DNA from: Paracoccaceae bacterium
GTDB lineage: Bacteria; Pseudomonadota; Alphaproteobacteria; Rhodobacterales; Rhodobacteraceae
Direction of reading: 5' to 3'
DNA: 64,000 nt
Assembly (NCBI GenBank): GCA_014239455.1
Contig: JAAZYV010000028.1
Coordinates: 40,074-104,073, forward strand
In this document: positions 11,501-20,828 of the stretch, in pieces
Layout: the number at the start of each line of letters is the position of its first letter
How positions within the stretch are numbered: position 1 is the stretch's first letter
Program-made: the position numbers and the translations under genes
Notes under the pieces: generated by a model
The model's database searches: none
Seen by the model: only the letters and a program-made list of their open reading frames with translations
Told to the model about the DNA's origin: nothing

Positions 11501-12205
11501 CTAGTTAGGAGATTTTTTTCTATCGATAGTCTTTTTTTGCAAACCAAAAATACCAGAACGGCTCATTCTGGGAAACATCGTAAAGCTTTCCATTAACTCC
11601 ACCGGGAGATTGAAATCTTGAAAAGTATCAAATAACTTTCTTTGCTCTTCTAAACGCCACATAGCCTTTTTATTACTTTTGTGTAATTTATAACTATAAC
11701 CGGGTGCCAACCTGTTCCCCAGCTTCATCTCGTTGATTAAAGCGTATTTTACGAGTTTCGATCTTACCGCTCTCAAAACTTGCTCTATGCAAAGTCTAGA
11801 TGCAGTTTCCAAAAAAAGACTAGCCAAAGGTTCATTAACATCCTTTGAATAAGAAGCTATTTTTTTGTCTATCTCATTGCCTAAAGTTATCACAAATGGT
11901 ATGAGATGGGTACTTCCAGCCAACATGTATTCAAAAACTGAGCACTTAAATTCTATTCCTGACACAAGAGCCAATTTGTCTGCTTCAAGGTGTTCTATCT
12001 CTTGAAGGCAAAAAACTCCCTGGGGTGCACAATTCTCCTTAAGTCTGTTAATCGCTTTGAAAGCCGCATCTTTAATAACAGGTTTTATTTTTTGATCTTC
12101 CCTATAACCATGACTTCTAAGTAAATGGGTAATCTTCACTTCTGGAACTGAAAACCAAATTCTTTCAAATTTTGAGGCTTTAAACACAACTGACCTTAAA
12201 ATCAC
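11501..12205 (-). CDS. Stand-alone homolog of the cobalamin-dependent methionine synthase (MetH) activation / SAM-binding domain
   Basis: The C-terminal part RLAPGYSYKL...AMWRLEEQRKLFDTF...PVELMESFTMFPRMSRSGIFGL parallels the E. coli MetH reactivation module (RPAPGYPA...[31 protein letters not shown]). The GTG start overlaps the upstream gene's TGA (GTGA). Confidence 0.75.
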   Translation of the reverse strand: MILRSVVFKASKFERIWFSVPEVKITHLLRSHGYREDQKIKPVIKDAAFKAINRLKENCAPQGVFCLQEIEHLEADKLALVSGIEFKCSVFEYMLAGSTHLIPFVITLGNEIDKKIASYSKDVNEPLASLFLETASRLCIEQVLRAVRSKLVKYALINEMKLGNRLAPGYSYKLHKSNKKAMWRLEEQRKLFDTFQDFNLPVELMESFTMFPRMSRSGIFGLQKKTIDRKKSPN

Positions 12206-12495
12206 TCTAGAGAGGTTAGAGCATCATTTTTGATTTTTTCATATCGTTCTTCAAATTCTTGCACCAGATCATGTACACTTTGACTTGCTGAGAAATCAGT
12301 ATCTGTAAGTCTTTTCCGTTTCCAATTTTGCAAATACTGATCTGTTCCAACTAACCCTTTTTGCATAGCAATCATATCAACAAGCTCACTAAAACGTTTA
12401 GAGAGCTCCACTTTCTGAACCCCATGCTTGTCTCTACCCTCTACAACAGTTGGAATGTCTCGCCAGTAAAGAACAGATAATTTAGCCACGGTCAC
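12202..12495 (-). CDS. Small protein resembling the 'virulence factor' domain family (PF13769-like)
   Basis: 97-aa ORF (KLSVLYWRDIPTVVEGRDKHG...ELSKRF...MQKGLVGTDQYLQNWKR). As I recall, this family co-occurs with MetH-activation-domain genes in marine alphaproteobacteria. Translationally coupled to the downstream gene. Confidence 0.5.
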   Translation of the reverse strand: MTVAKLSVLYWRDIPTVVEGRDKHGVQKVELSKRFSELVDMIAMQKGLVGTDQYLQNWKRKRLTDTDFSASQSVHDLVQEFEERYEKIKNDALTSLE

Positions 12496-12618
12496 TCCTA
12501 TAAATCTAAAAATAGTATGCTAAATATACATCTACAGATATCAACCCGTTACACTATTAAATAAATTAATGCTGGTCAAAACTTTTTTTGAAAAATTAAA
12601 AATTCAAAAATTAATTTG

Positions 12619-12647
12619 TTGACCAAAAGTACAACTTCGATAATCAT
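12619..12647 (+). promoter_or_regulatory. Sigma-70-like promoter candidate for the MTHFR-like gene
   Basis: TTGACC (12619..12624), 17-nt spacer, AATCAT (12642..12647). Preceded by phased A-tracts (AAAAATT x3) and followed by the perfect palindrome AATTTCGAAATT (12649..12660). Confidence 0.3.
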
Positions 12648-12754
12648 GAATTTCGAAATTAAACCACAAAGAAATCTCTTATTGAAAGAAAATAACAAAT
12701 CATGAAATCTAATGACAAGATCGCTAGATTTGGCTCGGAATCAAAGGAATCATA

Positions 12755-13681
12755 ATGAGTGAAACCAAAGCCACTTCAGTGACATTAGATGATTCTGAAA
12801 GTAAATACATAGCTAAAATGCTCCGAAATTTTTCTTTGGAGACGACTCCCACTGGGGCATCAAAAATTACCAGCTTTTCAGAATTCATCAGACCCACAAC
12901 AACTGTTTTCATTACATTTCTTCCTGGCACTGAATATAATCAAACTGTAATAACAGCACGAAAACTTCGTCTAGAAGGGTTAAACCCGGCACCACATTTT
13001 GCTGCTCGTTCAATAGTTTCAAAAACAATGCTTGAAGATTATGTGCAAAGGGTTACTGGAGAAGCTGACATAAAGAAAATCTTAATAGTTGCAGGTGCTG
13101 GTAAGGACCAGCTCGGTCCCTACCCTGATTCTACAAGCTTATTAGAGACTGGAATCTTTGACAAATATGGTATCACTGAAATTGGGGTGGCAGGCCATCC
13201 TGAAGGCAGTCCTGATATATCAAACCAGAAAATTAGTAAGGCTTTGATATTTAAAAACCAATTTGCTGAAAGAACTGATGCTAACCTTTTTATCATCAGT
13301 CAATTTTGCTTTGATTCAAGAACCATATTGGATTGGGCAAAAAGCATCAATTCAGAAGGAAATAAGTTGCCTATTATTATTGGGGTTCCTGGTATAGCTA
13401 AACTGTCCACGCTACTTAAATATTCACTTTCTTGTGGCATTGGCAACTCCATGAATTTCCTTAAGAAACAAGGTAGCAAAATGGTTAATCTTATTAAGAG
13501 TCAGGCTCCTGACCGTCTTGTAAGGGATTTAGCAAGATCCCACTTAAGTGGCATTGAGACTGGCATTGAAGGGTTACATATTTATCCCCTAGGTGGGTTG
13601 AAAAAAAGCTCTGACTGGGCATATCAAGCTTTGGATGGTAATTTTCAACTGACAAAAGACGGATTCACTGTCTATGGATAA
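12755..13681 (+). CDS. metF: Methylenetetrahydrofolate reductase family protein
   Basis: 308-aa ORF sharing MetF blocks with E. coli: PAPHF vs AAPHL, VAGHPEGSP vs AAYPEVHPE, ISQFCFD vs ITQFFFD, IIIGVPGIA vs IIPGILP, LHIYPLGG vs FHFYTLN. Confidence 0.8.
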   Translation: MSETKATSVTLDDSESKYIAKMLRNFSLETTPTGASKITSFSEFIRPTTTVFITFLPGTEYNQTVITARKLRLEGLNPAPHFAARSIVSKTMLEDYVQRVTGEADIKKILIVAGAGKDQLGPYPDSTSLLETGIFDKYGITEIGVAGHPEGSPDISNQKISKALIFKNQFAERTDANLFIISQFCFDSRTILDWAKSINSEGNKLPIIIGVPGIAKLSTLLKYSLSCGIGNSMNFLKKQGSKMVNLIKSQAPDRLVRDLARSHLSGIETGIEGLHIYPLGGLKKSSDWAYQALDGNFQLTKDGFTVYG

Positions 13682-13735
13682 TAAAGTACAATAGTACAAA
13701 GACTATTCAACTTAATCCATTTGATACAAAAGACT

Positions 13736-14641
13736 TTATGAAAAACACCATTTCATAATTGATTTCTGTACATGCAATCTATTCTCGGCTTGAGAAAGAA
13801 AAACTTTGAAGAATCGTTCGACGACTTGAGTGCTAATTTCTTTATCTCGATAAATGGGCATGCAATGAAAGACTAGGCATTCCGACTTCGTACTCCTTAA
13901 TAATCCTTCAGTAATACAATAATCCTCCATTAGGGTTGCCCTTTTACTTCTCTCCATCTCCGTCTGATGCATTGAGAACCAGGTATCAGTAACCAGTAAA
14001 TCTGCACTGTCTACAGCATTTTCTGGATCCTTTTCGTAACCATAGTGAAGAGATCCCTTTACGTTGTCAGGTCCAAATGCTTTGGGACCAGAATATACGA
14101 ATTCGAAATCAAATTTTTCTGCTGCTTGTAGATAGCTATTGCAAACATTGTTCCCATCTCCCAGCCATACAACCTTCTTACCCTTGATTGAACCGACAAG
14201 TTCTTCAAAAGTGAAAATATCTGCCAAAACTTGGCATGGATGAGAAAAATTGCTTAACCCATTTATCACTGGCACTGCAGAATTTTCTGTTAAGTCCAGC
14301 AAATCATGATGATTGTCAGTTCTCAAAACAATCATATCAACATATTGAGACAATACCTGAGCAGTATCAGTCATTTGTTCTGCATTTGATAACTGCATTT
14401 CATTGCTAGAAATAGAGATGGATTTTCCACCCATTTGGGTTATACCTACATCAAAAGAAAACCTTGTCCTAGTTGATGGTTTCTTGAAAAGAAGTGCCAC
14501 TATTCGACCACTTAAAGCTGGTTCAGTGTCCAACTCTCCCTTAAGTAATTTAGTTCTAAAGTTCTTAAGACAGGCTGAATCCTCAAGGATGTTTCTTAAC
14601 TGACTTAAACTAATTTCTTGAATGTCTATAAAATTTTTCAA
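13736..14641 (-). CDS. argF: Ornithine carbamoyltransferase
   Basis: STRTRFSF, HPCQVLAD, DTWFSM and HCMP motifs; 4-nt overlap with argD upstream. Confidence 0.92.
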   Translation of the reverse strand: MKNFIDIQEISLSQLRNILEDSACLKNFRTKLLKGELDTEPALSGRIVALLFKKPSTRTRFSFDVGITQMGGKSISISSNEMQLSNAEQMTDTAQVLSQYVDMIVLRTDNHHDLLDLTENSAVPVINGLSNFSHPCQVLADIFTFEELVGSIKGKKVVWLGDGNNVCNSYLQAAEKFDFEFVYSGPKAFGPDNVKGSLHYGYEKDPENAVDSADLLVTDTWFSMHQTEMERSKRATLMEDYCITEGLLRSTKSECLVFHCMPIYRDKEISTQVVERFFKVFLSQAENRLHVQKSIMKWCFS

Positions 14642-15807
14642 GATTTAATACCTTCAGCAGTTTTGTCTAACAATTCTATAGCCAAATCAACTTCAGCTTC
14701 AGTAATATTAAGTGGTGGCAAAATTCTGACAACATTTTCTGATGCAGGGATCACTAACAAACCATTTTTAAAAGCTTCATCTACTACTAATTGGTTTTTT
14801 AATCTTGTTTTTAAACCTAACATCAAACCTGTGCCCCGAACTTCTTGAAAAACCGAAGGATGATTACTTACTAAGCCACACAATTTCTGGCTAAAGTAAC
14901 CCGATATTTTCCTTACATTTGGCAAAAAATCTTTCGATAGCACCTGATTAAGTACCTCACAACCGACCGCGCATGCCAAAGGGTTTCCACCATAGGTAGA
15001 ACCGTGAGAGCCAATGCCCATGCCCTCTGCTGCTTTGTGAGTTGCTAAACAAGCTCCTAATGGAAAACCACCGCCTATTCCTTTAGCTGTCGTCATGATA
15101 TCAGGATAAATTCCAGTCCACTCATGAGCAAATAACCTGCCAGTTCTACCCAGTCCACACTGCACTTCATCAAATATCAATAAAACCCCGAGTTCGTCAC
15201 AAATATTCCTTAATAATTGAAGACTATCATCAGGGATCACTTTTATACCTCCTTCTCCCTGAATAGGCTCTATTATAACTGCAGCAGTTTTTGCTGTAAT
15301 AGCATCAATTATTAAATCTTTATCTTTTAAGTCTATAGACTTACATCCAGGTAATAGAGGGCCAAAACCCTCTATTATTTTTTGAGCATTAGAGGTTGAG
15401 ATTGCACCAAAGGTCCTGCCATGGAATGACCCGTCGAAAGAAATTATCTCATGCCTATTATCTTGATTATGCGAGTGAAATTTTCTTGCCATCTTTATCG
15501 CACATTCAATTGCTTCACTTCCAGAGTTTGTAAAAAAAGCCATGTCAGCAAACGTATTGAAAATAAGAGTTTCTGCCAATTTTTCTTGCTTGGTTACTCT
15601 GTACAAATTAGATGTATGCCATAATTCCTGGGCTTGATCTGTCAAGGCTGAAACCAATTCCCTGTTACAATGCCCTAAAATATTAACTGCTATACCCGAA
15701 CCAATATCTAGGTATTTTGAACCGTCTTCTGCCTCTAGCCATATTCCATCTCCCTTCACAAAAGATACTGAAGTTCTGTTATATGTTGGGAGTAAGTATT
15801 TTTCCAT
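14638..15807 (-). CDS. argD: Acetylornithine aminotransferase (class III PLP aminotransferase)
   Basis: 389-aa ORF with FTNSGSEAIE, DEVQCGLGRTG and TTAKGIGGGFP (PLP-lysine context); coupled to argF. Confidence 0.9.
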   Translation of the reverse strand: MEKYLLPTYNRTSVSFVKGDGIWLEAEDGSKYLDIGSGIAVNILGHCNRELVSALTDQAQELWHTSNLYRVTKQEKLAETLIFNTFADMAFFTNSGSEAIECAIKMARKFHSHNQDNRHEIISFDGSFHGRTFGAISTSNAQKIIEGFGPLLPGCKSIDLKDKDLIIDAITAKTAAVIIEPIQGEGGIKVIPDDSLQLLRNICDELGVLLIFDEVQCGLGRTGRLFAHEWTGIYPDIMTTAKGIGGGFPLGACLATHKAAEGMGIGSHGSTYGGNPLACAVGCEVLNQVLSKDFLPNVRKISGYFSQKLCGLVSNHPSVFQEVRGTGLMLGLKTRLKNQLVVDEAFKNGLLVIPASENVVRILPPLNITEAEVDLAIELLDKTAEGIKS

Positions 15808-16135
15808 GAAAAGATCATACTAGTGGTTGATTAAAATTTCAACAAAGCAACAAAAGAGACCATCTAAAAAATATGTAGTACAATAAGAGCTCAAACCAAA
15901 TTCTTGAATGGCTGATTTGGGGTCAAATCTTCGGTAATCTCTGCTCTCAGTCTATAAACTCTTTTAAAATCAGGACAAGTATACGGCCTTTTGTTAATCC
16001 CTAAGCATCCAAAACTATTTTTCAAAAACTGTTATACCTCAATTTATTAGAATATTATAATTAGTACTAGTTTATTTGCATATATGAATTATATAAAGTA
16101 AAGAATATTACGAATAAATTGAAGGAATAATAATA

Positions 16136-16777
16136 ATGGCCTGGACCTCTGACAGAGTACAGTTACTTACAATTCTTTGGCAAAAGGGCAATAGTGCAAG
16201 TCAAATAGCTACAGAGTTAGGTGAAGGTGTTTCTCGAAACGCTGTCATTGGAAAGATTCATAGATTAGGTTTATCTCAAAGAAGTGAAGGTTACAACGAC
16301 AGCAATAATGATAAGAACAATATACAAAGAGCAAGAAGAACTTCAAATAAATCTGCTTTGGCAGAAACAGTCTCCCCAGATATTTCGGATCAGGCAAGCC
16401 TGAATGCTAAGATTGGGAAGAAAAGAGGAAGAAAAAAGGTTGAAAGAACGTCAAATAAAAACCTGCAAAACCGTGAAAATCTCAACAAAAATGAAAAACT
16501 TTCTAAAAATCAAGTCGAGAGATCCCCTGAACATATTGGAACGTCTGAATTAGATAAACAAGCCGTAGCCGATATGATTGAATTGGAGAAAAGAGCCAAG
16601 AAATTAAATCTTATGGAACTTACTGAAAAAACTTGTAAATGGCCGATTGGAGATCCAGCAACTGATAAATTTTGGTTTTGTGGACATCAGGCGGAAACCG
16701 GTAAACCTTATTGTAGTACTCATGTTTCTATTGCATTCCAACCGATTTCTACTAGACGAGAAAGAAGACAACGATAA
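16136..16777 (+). CDS. gcrA: Cell-cycle regulator GcrA
   Basis: N-terminus MAWTSDRVQLLTILWQKGNSASQIATELGEGVSRNAVIGKIHRLGL and C-terminus CKWPIGDP...FWFCG...GKPYCSTH are the two conserved GcrA blocks, joined by a long basic low-complexity linker. Confidence 0.9.
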   Translation: MAWTSDRVQLLTILWQKGNSASQIATELGEGVSRNAVIGKIHRLGLSQRSEGYNDSNNDKNNIQRARRTSNKSALAETVSPDISDQASLNAKIGKKRGRKKVERTSNKNLQNRENLNKNEKLSKNQVERSPEHIGTSELDKQAVADMIELEKRAKKLNLMELTEKTCKWPIGDPATDKFWFCGHQAETGKPYCSTHVSIAFQPISTRRERRQR

Positions 16778-16813
16778 GCTGTTAATTTTTGAAACCTAAG
16801 AAAACCCTAAAAA

Positions 16814-17236
16814 ATGATAAAGTACAGTCTGCAATGCAATAATCTTCACCAATCTGAAAGCTGGTTTGCTTCATCTGAAGCATTTGAAAAGCTTAAAAGT
16901 TCAAAGCTATTATCTTGCGAAGTTTGTGGAAGTACCTCAATTACCAAATCGTTAATGGCACCTAGCGTTAAATCAAAGAAAGAGACAGAAGTTAACGGAG
17001 CCTTACTCCAACAGTCTTCCAGAAAGAACTCTTTAATTGAAGAATTAAAGAAAAAAATAGAAAGTACTTGTGAATATGTAGGTGACAATTTTGCTGAGGA
17101 AGCTCGTGCAATCCATGATGGGGAATCTCACGAGCGATCTATTTATGGTAAAACTACAATACAAAAAGCCAAATCATTATTGGAAGACGAAATTCCTATT
17201 ACTCCGCTGCCATGGCATGATAGAAAAAGTAATTAG
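16814..17236 (+). CDS. DUF1178 family protein
   Basis: MIKYSLQCNNLHQSESWFASSEAFEKLKSSKLLSCEVCGS matches the characteristic DUF1178 N-terminus (Y.L.C...H.F..WF.S...F......G...CP.CG). Confidence 0.7.
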   Translation: MIKYSLQCNNLHQSESWFASSEAFEKLKSSKLLSCEVCGSTSITKSLMAPSVKSKKETEVNGALLQQSSRKNSLIEELKKKIESTCEYVGDNFAEEARAIHDGESHERSIYGKTTIQKAKSLLEDEIPITPLPWHDRKSN

Positions 17237-17297
17237 TTTTTCAGTGCTTAATTCTTAGAAGATAAGACCTGAAATTCTGAAAAGAAGGAGAAAGAAT

Positions 17298-18530
17298 TTG
17301 TCTAGGTTAGTTATGAAATTCGGCGGTACTTCAGTTGCTGACTTATCAAAAATGAGAAATGCTGCTTCAAGAATTCAGTCAGAAGTTGAAGATGGTAATA
17401 ATGTAATCGTCACTGTGTCAGCAATGGCTGGAAACACTGACAAATTGATTGATAAGGTCAGAGAAATTTCCTCACTATATGACGCCAGAGAATATGATGC
17501 CATTGTCTCTTCAGGGGAAAATGTATCTGCAGGGTTAATGGCTCTCCTATTACAAAGCATGGGAATCAATGCGAGGAGTTGGCAGGGCTGGCAAATTCCA
17601 ATGAAAACTACCGACGATCATTCTAATTCCAGAATTGAAGAAATTGGTATTGAGAATTTAATTGAAAAATTTGGCAGTGGGATGCAAGTCGCAGTGGTTG
17701 CAGGCTTTCAGGGCATTAGTTCTAATTCCAGAATAACTACTCTTGGCCGTGGAGGTTCCGACACTACAGCTGTTGCTTTGGCTGCAGCCTTTAAAGCTGA
17801 CCTCTGTGATATCTATACGGATGTTGATGGGGTTTTTACCACTGACCCTAGAATAACCCCAAACGCTAAGAAATTAGCCCAGATATCATACGAAGAAATG
17901 CTAGAGCTTGCTTCCCTAGGCGCAAAAGTATTGCAAACAAGATCGGTTGAGCTGGCCATGCGCTATAAAGTAAAACTTAGGGTACTCAACAGTTTTGCAG
18001 ATGGTTCTGGTACCCTGGTATGTGATGAGGAGGATATTATGGAAAAAAGAATAGTTTCAGGAATAACTTGTTCTAAAGACGAAGCAAAACTTACACTAAT
18101 CGGAATCAAGGATAAACCCGGTATGGCTGGGATGGTGTTTGATTGCCTCTCTAAAGCAAATATTAACGTAGACATGATTATACAAAATATATCAGACGAT
18201 GGGTTAACCGATGTAACTTTTTCATGCCCTACCACCCAAGTAGATATAGCAAGTCAAGCTCTTGAGCAAGGAAAGTCAAACGAGAATTTCAATTATTCCA
18301 GGTTGGTCGTGGATAAATACGTTGCTAAGATTTCAATAGTAGGAATTGGGATGCGCAGCCATTCGGGGGTTGCCCAAACCATGTTCAAAGCACTGGGACA
18401 GGAAAATATAAATATTAAGGTAATATCAACTTCTGAAATCAAGATTTCCGTGTTAATTGATCGAAAATATCTTGAGTTGGCAGTTCAAATACTTCACGAC
18501 GCATTTGAACTTGAAAAGGCACAAAATTGA
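17298..18530 (+). CDS. lysC: Aspartate kinase
   Basis: MSRLVMKFGGTSVAD, GRGGSDTTAVALAAA and C-terminal ACT repeats. TTG start 6 nt after AAGGAG. Overlaps ptsP by 4 nt. Confidence 0.95.
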   Translation: MSRLVMKFGGTSVADLSKMRNAASRIQSEVEDGNNVIVTVSAMAGNTDKLIDKVREISSLYDAREYDAIVSSGENVSAGLMALLLQSMGINARSWQGWQIPMKTTDDHSNSRIEEIGIENLIEKFGSGMQVAVVAGFQGISSNSRITTLGRGGSDTTAVALAAAFKADLCDIYTDVDGVFTTDPRITPNAKKLAQISYEEMLELASLGAKVLQTRSVELAMRYKVKLRVLNSFADGSGTLVCDEEDIMEKRIVSGITCSKDEAKLTLIGIKDKPGMAGMVFDCLSKANINVDMIIQNISDDGLTDVTFSCPTTQVDIASQALEQGKSNENFNYSRLVVDKYVAKISIVGIGMRSHSGVAQTMFKALGQENINIKVISTSEIKISVLIDRKYLELAVQILHDAFELEKAQN

Positions 18531-20788
18531 TGATCACCGAGGAAAAGAATGCTAATTCCAGGATACTCTTAAAAAGATTAAAACAAGCATTATCAGAGCA
18601 GGGTGAGGCACAAGCTAGGCTTGATGAAATAGTAAAATTAATTGCTTCTTCAATGGAATCAGAGGTTTGTTCAATTTATCTCCGAAGAAATGATGATGTA
18701 ATGGAGCTTTATGCTACGGAAGGACTCTTGACCACAGCCGTACATTATTCTCAATTAGAAATTGGACAAGGGTTGGTAGGCCGGATTGCTGCGAGCGCAG
18801 AGCCTATCAAAACTTCGAACGTTAAAAAAGCAAAAGGCTTTAGATATCTCCCCGAAACAGGAGAAGAAAAGTATAAATCCTTCCTTGGTGTGCCGATCCA
18901 ACGTCTTGGTAAAATGCTAGGCGTTCTAGTCATTCAAAACTTGTTGGAGCGAGAGTACAGCGATGATGAAGTTTACGGTCTAGAGATTGTGGCTATGGTC
19001 ATAGCTGAAATGGCAGAACTTGGCGTTTTCACAGGATCAGATGATAAACATAAGTTGAGTCAAGAAAAAAAAGCAACATTTTCAACCGTTGGTCTTATAG
19101 GGAAAGAGGGTGTTTCTTTGGGTACAACAGTGCTCCTAGAACCTCAAATCAAAATAACTGATCCTGTTGCAGACAATCCAATTAGGGAAAAAGCAAAACT
19201 TAGTGTAGCCCTAACCAGATTAAAGAAAGAGTTATCTGATAGCACAAATAAAAAATATTTGAAGCAAAAGGGCGAATTTCTAGAGATTTTGGAGACTCAT
19301 AAACTTTTAATTGAGGATAAAAGTTGGCTCAATAGGATGGAAGAATCTATAGACAATGGTCTTTCTGCAACTGTCGCAGTTGAGAAAGAGCAAACAGCTA
19401 CCAAGACACGAATAGCTACGGTTAAAAATTATTATTTTCGGGAGCGTCTATATGAATTTTATGAAATTTCCAATACTTTACTTAAAATTCTAACAAAGCA
19501 AAAATCGAAATTGAATTTAAACAGGATTGATTGTCCAATCTTGATTGCAAGAAATATTAGTCCCCTAGAACTGATTTCTATGCGTGAACATTTAAATGGA
19601 ATAATTCTAGAAGAAGGTTCAGTTGGCAGCCATACTACCATTGTCTGTAGAGCCTTAAATATTCCTTTAATTATACAAGCTAAATCTATCACAGAAAATA
19701 CCAACCATAAGGATAAAGTGATCCTGGATGGCGACCAAGGTATAGTACATATAAGACCTGAAGAAGAAATCATACGGGCCTATACTAGTAAATTAGCGAT
19801 GCGAACTAAGGCTCAGAAATCTTTTTTGGCACTTAGAAAGCTCAGTGCTGTTAGTATCGATGGTATCAAGATTTCCCTTATGATTAACGCTGGCCTAATG
19901 GCAGATTTACCTTCTCTGGTGGAATCAGGAGCCGAGGGTGTCGGTCTTTATAGAACTGAATTGCAATTCTTGGTAAGTAATACAGTACCTAAAAGAGCAC
20001 AGCAGGCACAAATTTACTCAAAAGTATTAGACTCTGCCCGAGGTCTGCCTGTTTTCTTTAGAACGTTAGATATTGGTTCCGACAAAGTGCTGCCAAGCAT
20101 TACTCCTGAAATAGAACCAAATCCTGCTTTAGGATGGAGGGCTATAAGACTTTCATTAGAAAAATCTGGCGTGCTTAAGATGCAAGCACAAGCTCTCATC
20201 AGGGGGGCGAGCGGTAGAAAACTAAACATTGTAATCCCTCTTGTTACAAAGCCATCGGAATTTGATCAAGCTAAGTCAATAATTCTAGCAGAAATTGCTA
20301 AAGAAAAACGCCGAAAGCGTCCTATTCCAAAATCAATAAAGGTTGGAACCATGCTTGAGGTTCCAAGCCTAGCTTTTGCGCCAAATTCATTCTTCGCGAG
20401 TGTTGATTTCATTATGGTTGGGGGTAATGATTTGAAGCAATTCTTTTTTGCTGCTGACCGAGAAAATGAAAAAGTTAGAAGAAGATACGATGTCCTAAGC
20501 ACTAGCTTTTTATCTTTTCTAACCTTAATTCATGAAAAATGTGAAAAGTTTAATATACCGCTAAGCTTTTGCGGAGAGGATGCAGGCAAACCAATCGAAG
20601 CACTAGTTCTCTCAGCCATAGGATTCAAAACGCTTTCTATGCAACCTGATTGCATTGGACCAATCAAAGCTTTGTTGAGAAGTGTTTCACTTTCTGAGGT
20701 CAGATCACTTATAAACAAATGTATGAAAGAAAATACTGAAACCGTTAGACCTAAAATAACAAATTATCTGGCGAGTATAAATAAATAG
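18527..20788 (+). CDS. ptsP: Phosphoenolpyruvate-protein phosphotransferase PtsP (EI-Ntr, GAF + PEP-utilising domains)
   Basis: 753-aa ORF with an N-terminal GAF-like region (CSIYLRR...GLVGRIA), the active-site His context GSVGSHTTIVCRALNIP and a C-terminal PEP-utilising TIM barrel (GVGLYRTELQF, MLEVPS). The lysC-ptsP pairing is typical of alphaproteobacteria. Confidence 0.93.
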   Translation: MMITEEKNANSRILLKRLKQALSEQGEAQARLDEIVKLIASSMESEVCSIYLRRNDDVMELYATEGLLTTAVHYSQLEIGQGLVGRIAASAEPIKTSNVKKAKGFRYLPETGEEKYKSFLGVPIQRLGKMLGVLVIQNLLEREYSDDEVYGLEIVAMVIAEMAELGVFTGSDDKHKLSQEKKATFSTVGLIGKEGVSLGTTVLLEPQIKITDPVADNPIREKAKLSVALTRLKKELSDSTNKKYLKQKGEFLEILETHKLLIEDKSWLNRMEESIDNGLSATVAVEKEQTATKTRIATVKNYYFRERLYEFYEISNTLLKILTKQKSKLNLNRIDCPILIARNISPLELISMREHLNGIILEEGSVGSHTTIVCRALNIPLIIQAKSITENTNHKDKVILDGDQGIVHIRPEEEIIRAYTSKLAMRTKAQKSFLALRKLSAVSIDGIKISLMINAGLMADLPSLVESGAEGVGLYRTELQFLVSNTVPKRAQQAQIYSKVLDSARGLPVFFRTLDIGSDKVLPSITPEIEPNPALGWRAIRLSLEKSGVLKMQAQALIRGASGRKLNIVIPLVTKPSEFDQAKSIILAEIAKEKRRKRPIPKSIKVGTMLEVPSLAFAPNSFFASVDFIMVGGNDLKQFFFAADRENEKVRRRYDVLSTSFLSFLTLIHEKCEKFNIPLSFCGEDAGKPIEALVLSAIGFKTLSMQPDCIGPIKALLRSVSLSEVRSLINKCMKENTETVRPKITNYLASINK

Positions 20789-20828
20789 CAGCAGCGCACT
20801 AATTCCACTACCAAAATCAAAATATTGT

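Noticed and set aside
12496-12754. SAM-II/SAM-V-type riboswitch upstream of the MTHFR-like gene or the divergent operon.
   Set aside because: Only short ambiguous pairings are present (GATT/AATC near the RBS). I could not recognise the pseudoknot or AAAGCU-type core from memory. A covariance-model search is needed before any claim.
12724-12930. 68-aa minus-strand ORF overlapping the start of the MTHFR-like gene.
   Set aside because: It is antisense to a gene with clear family motifs, and it has no RBS and no recognisable sequence.
15808-16135. CtrA boxes (TTAA-N7-TTAA) and CcrM GANTC sites in the 328-bp argD/gcrA divergent region.
   Set aside because: Reading the whole spacer found no GANTC and only half-site-like TTAA-N7-ACAA. 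The GATTTG-gggt-CAAATC hairpin (about 15913..15928) is too small to interpret.
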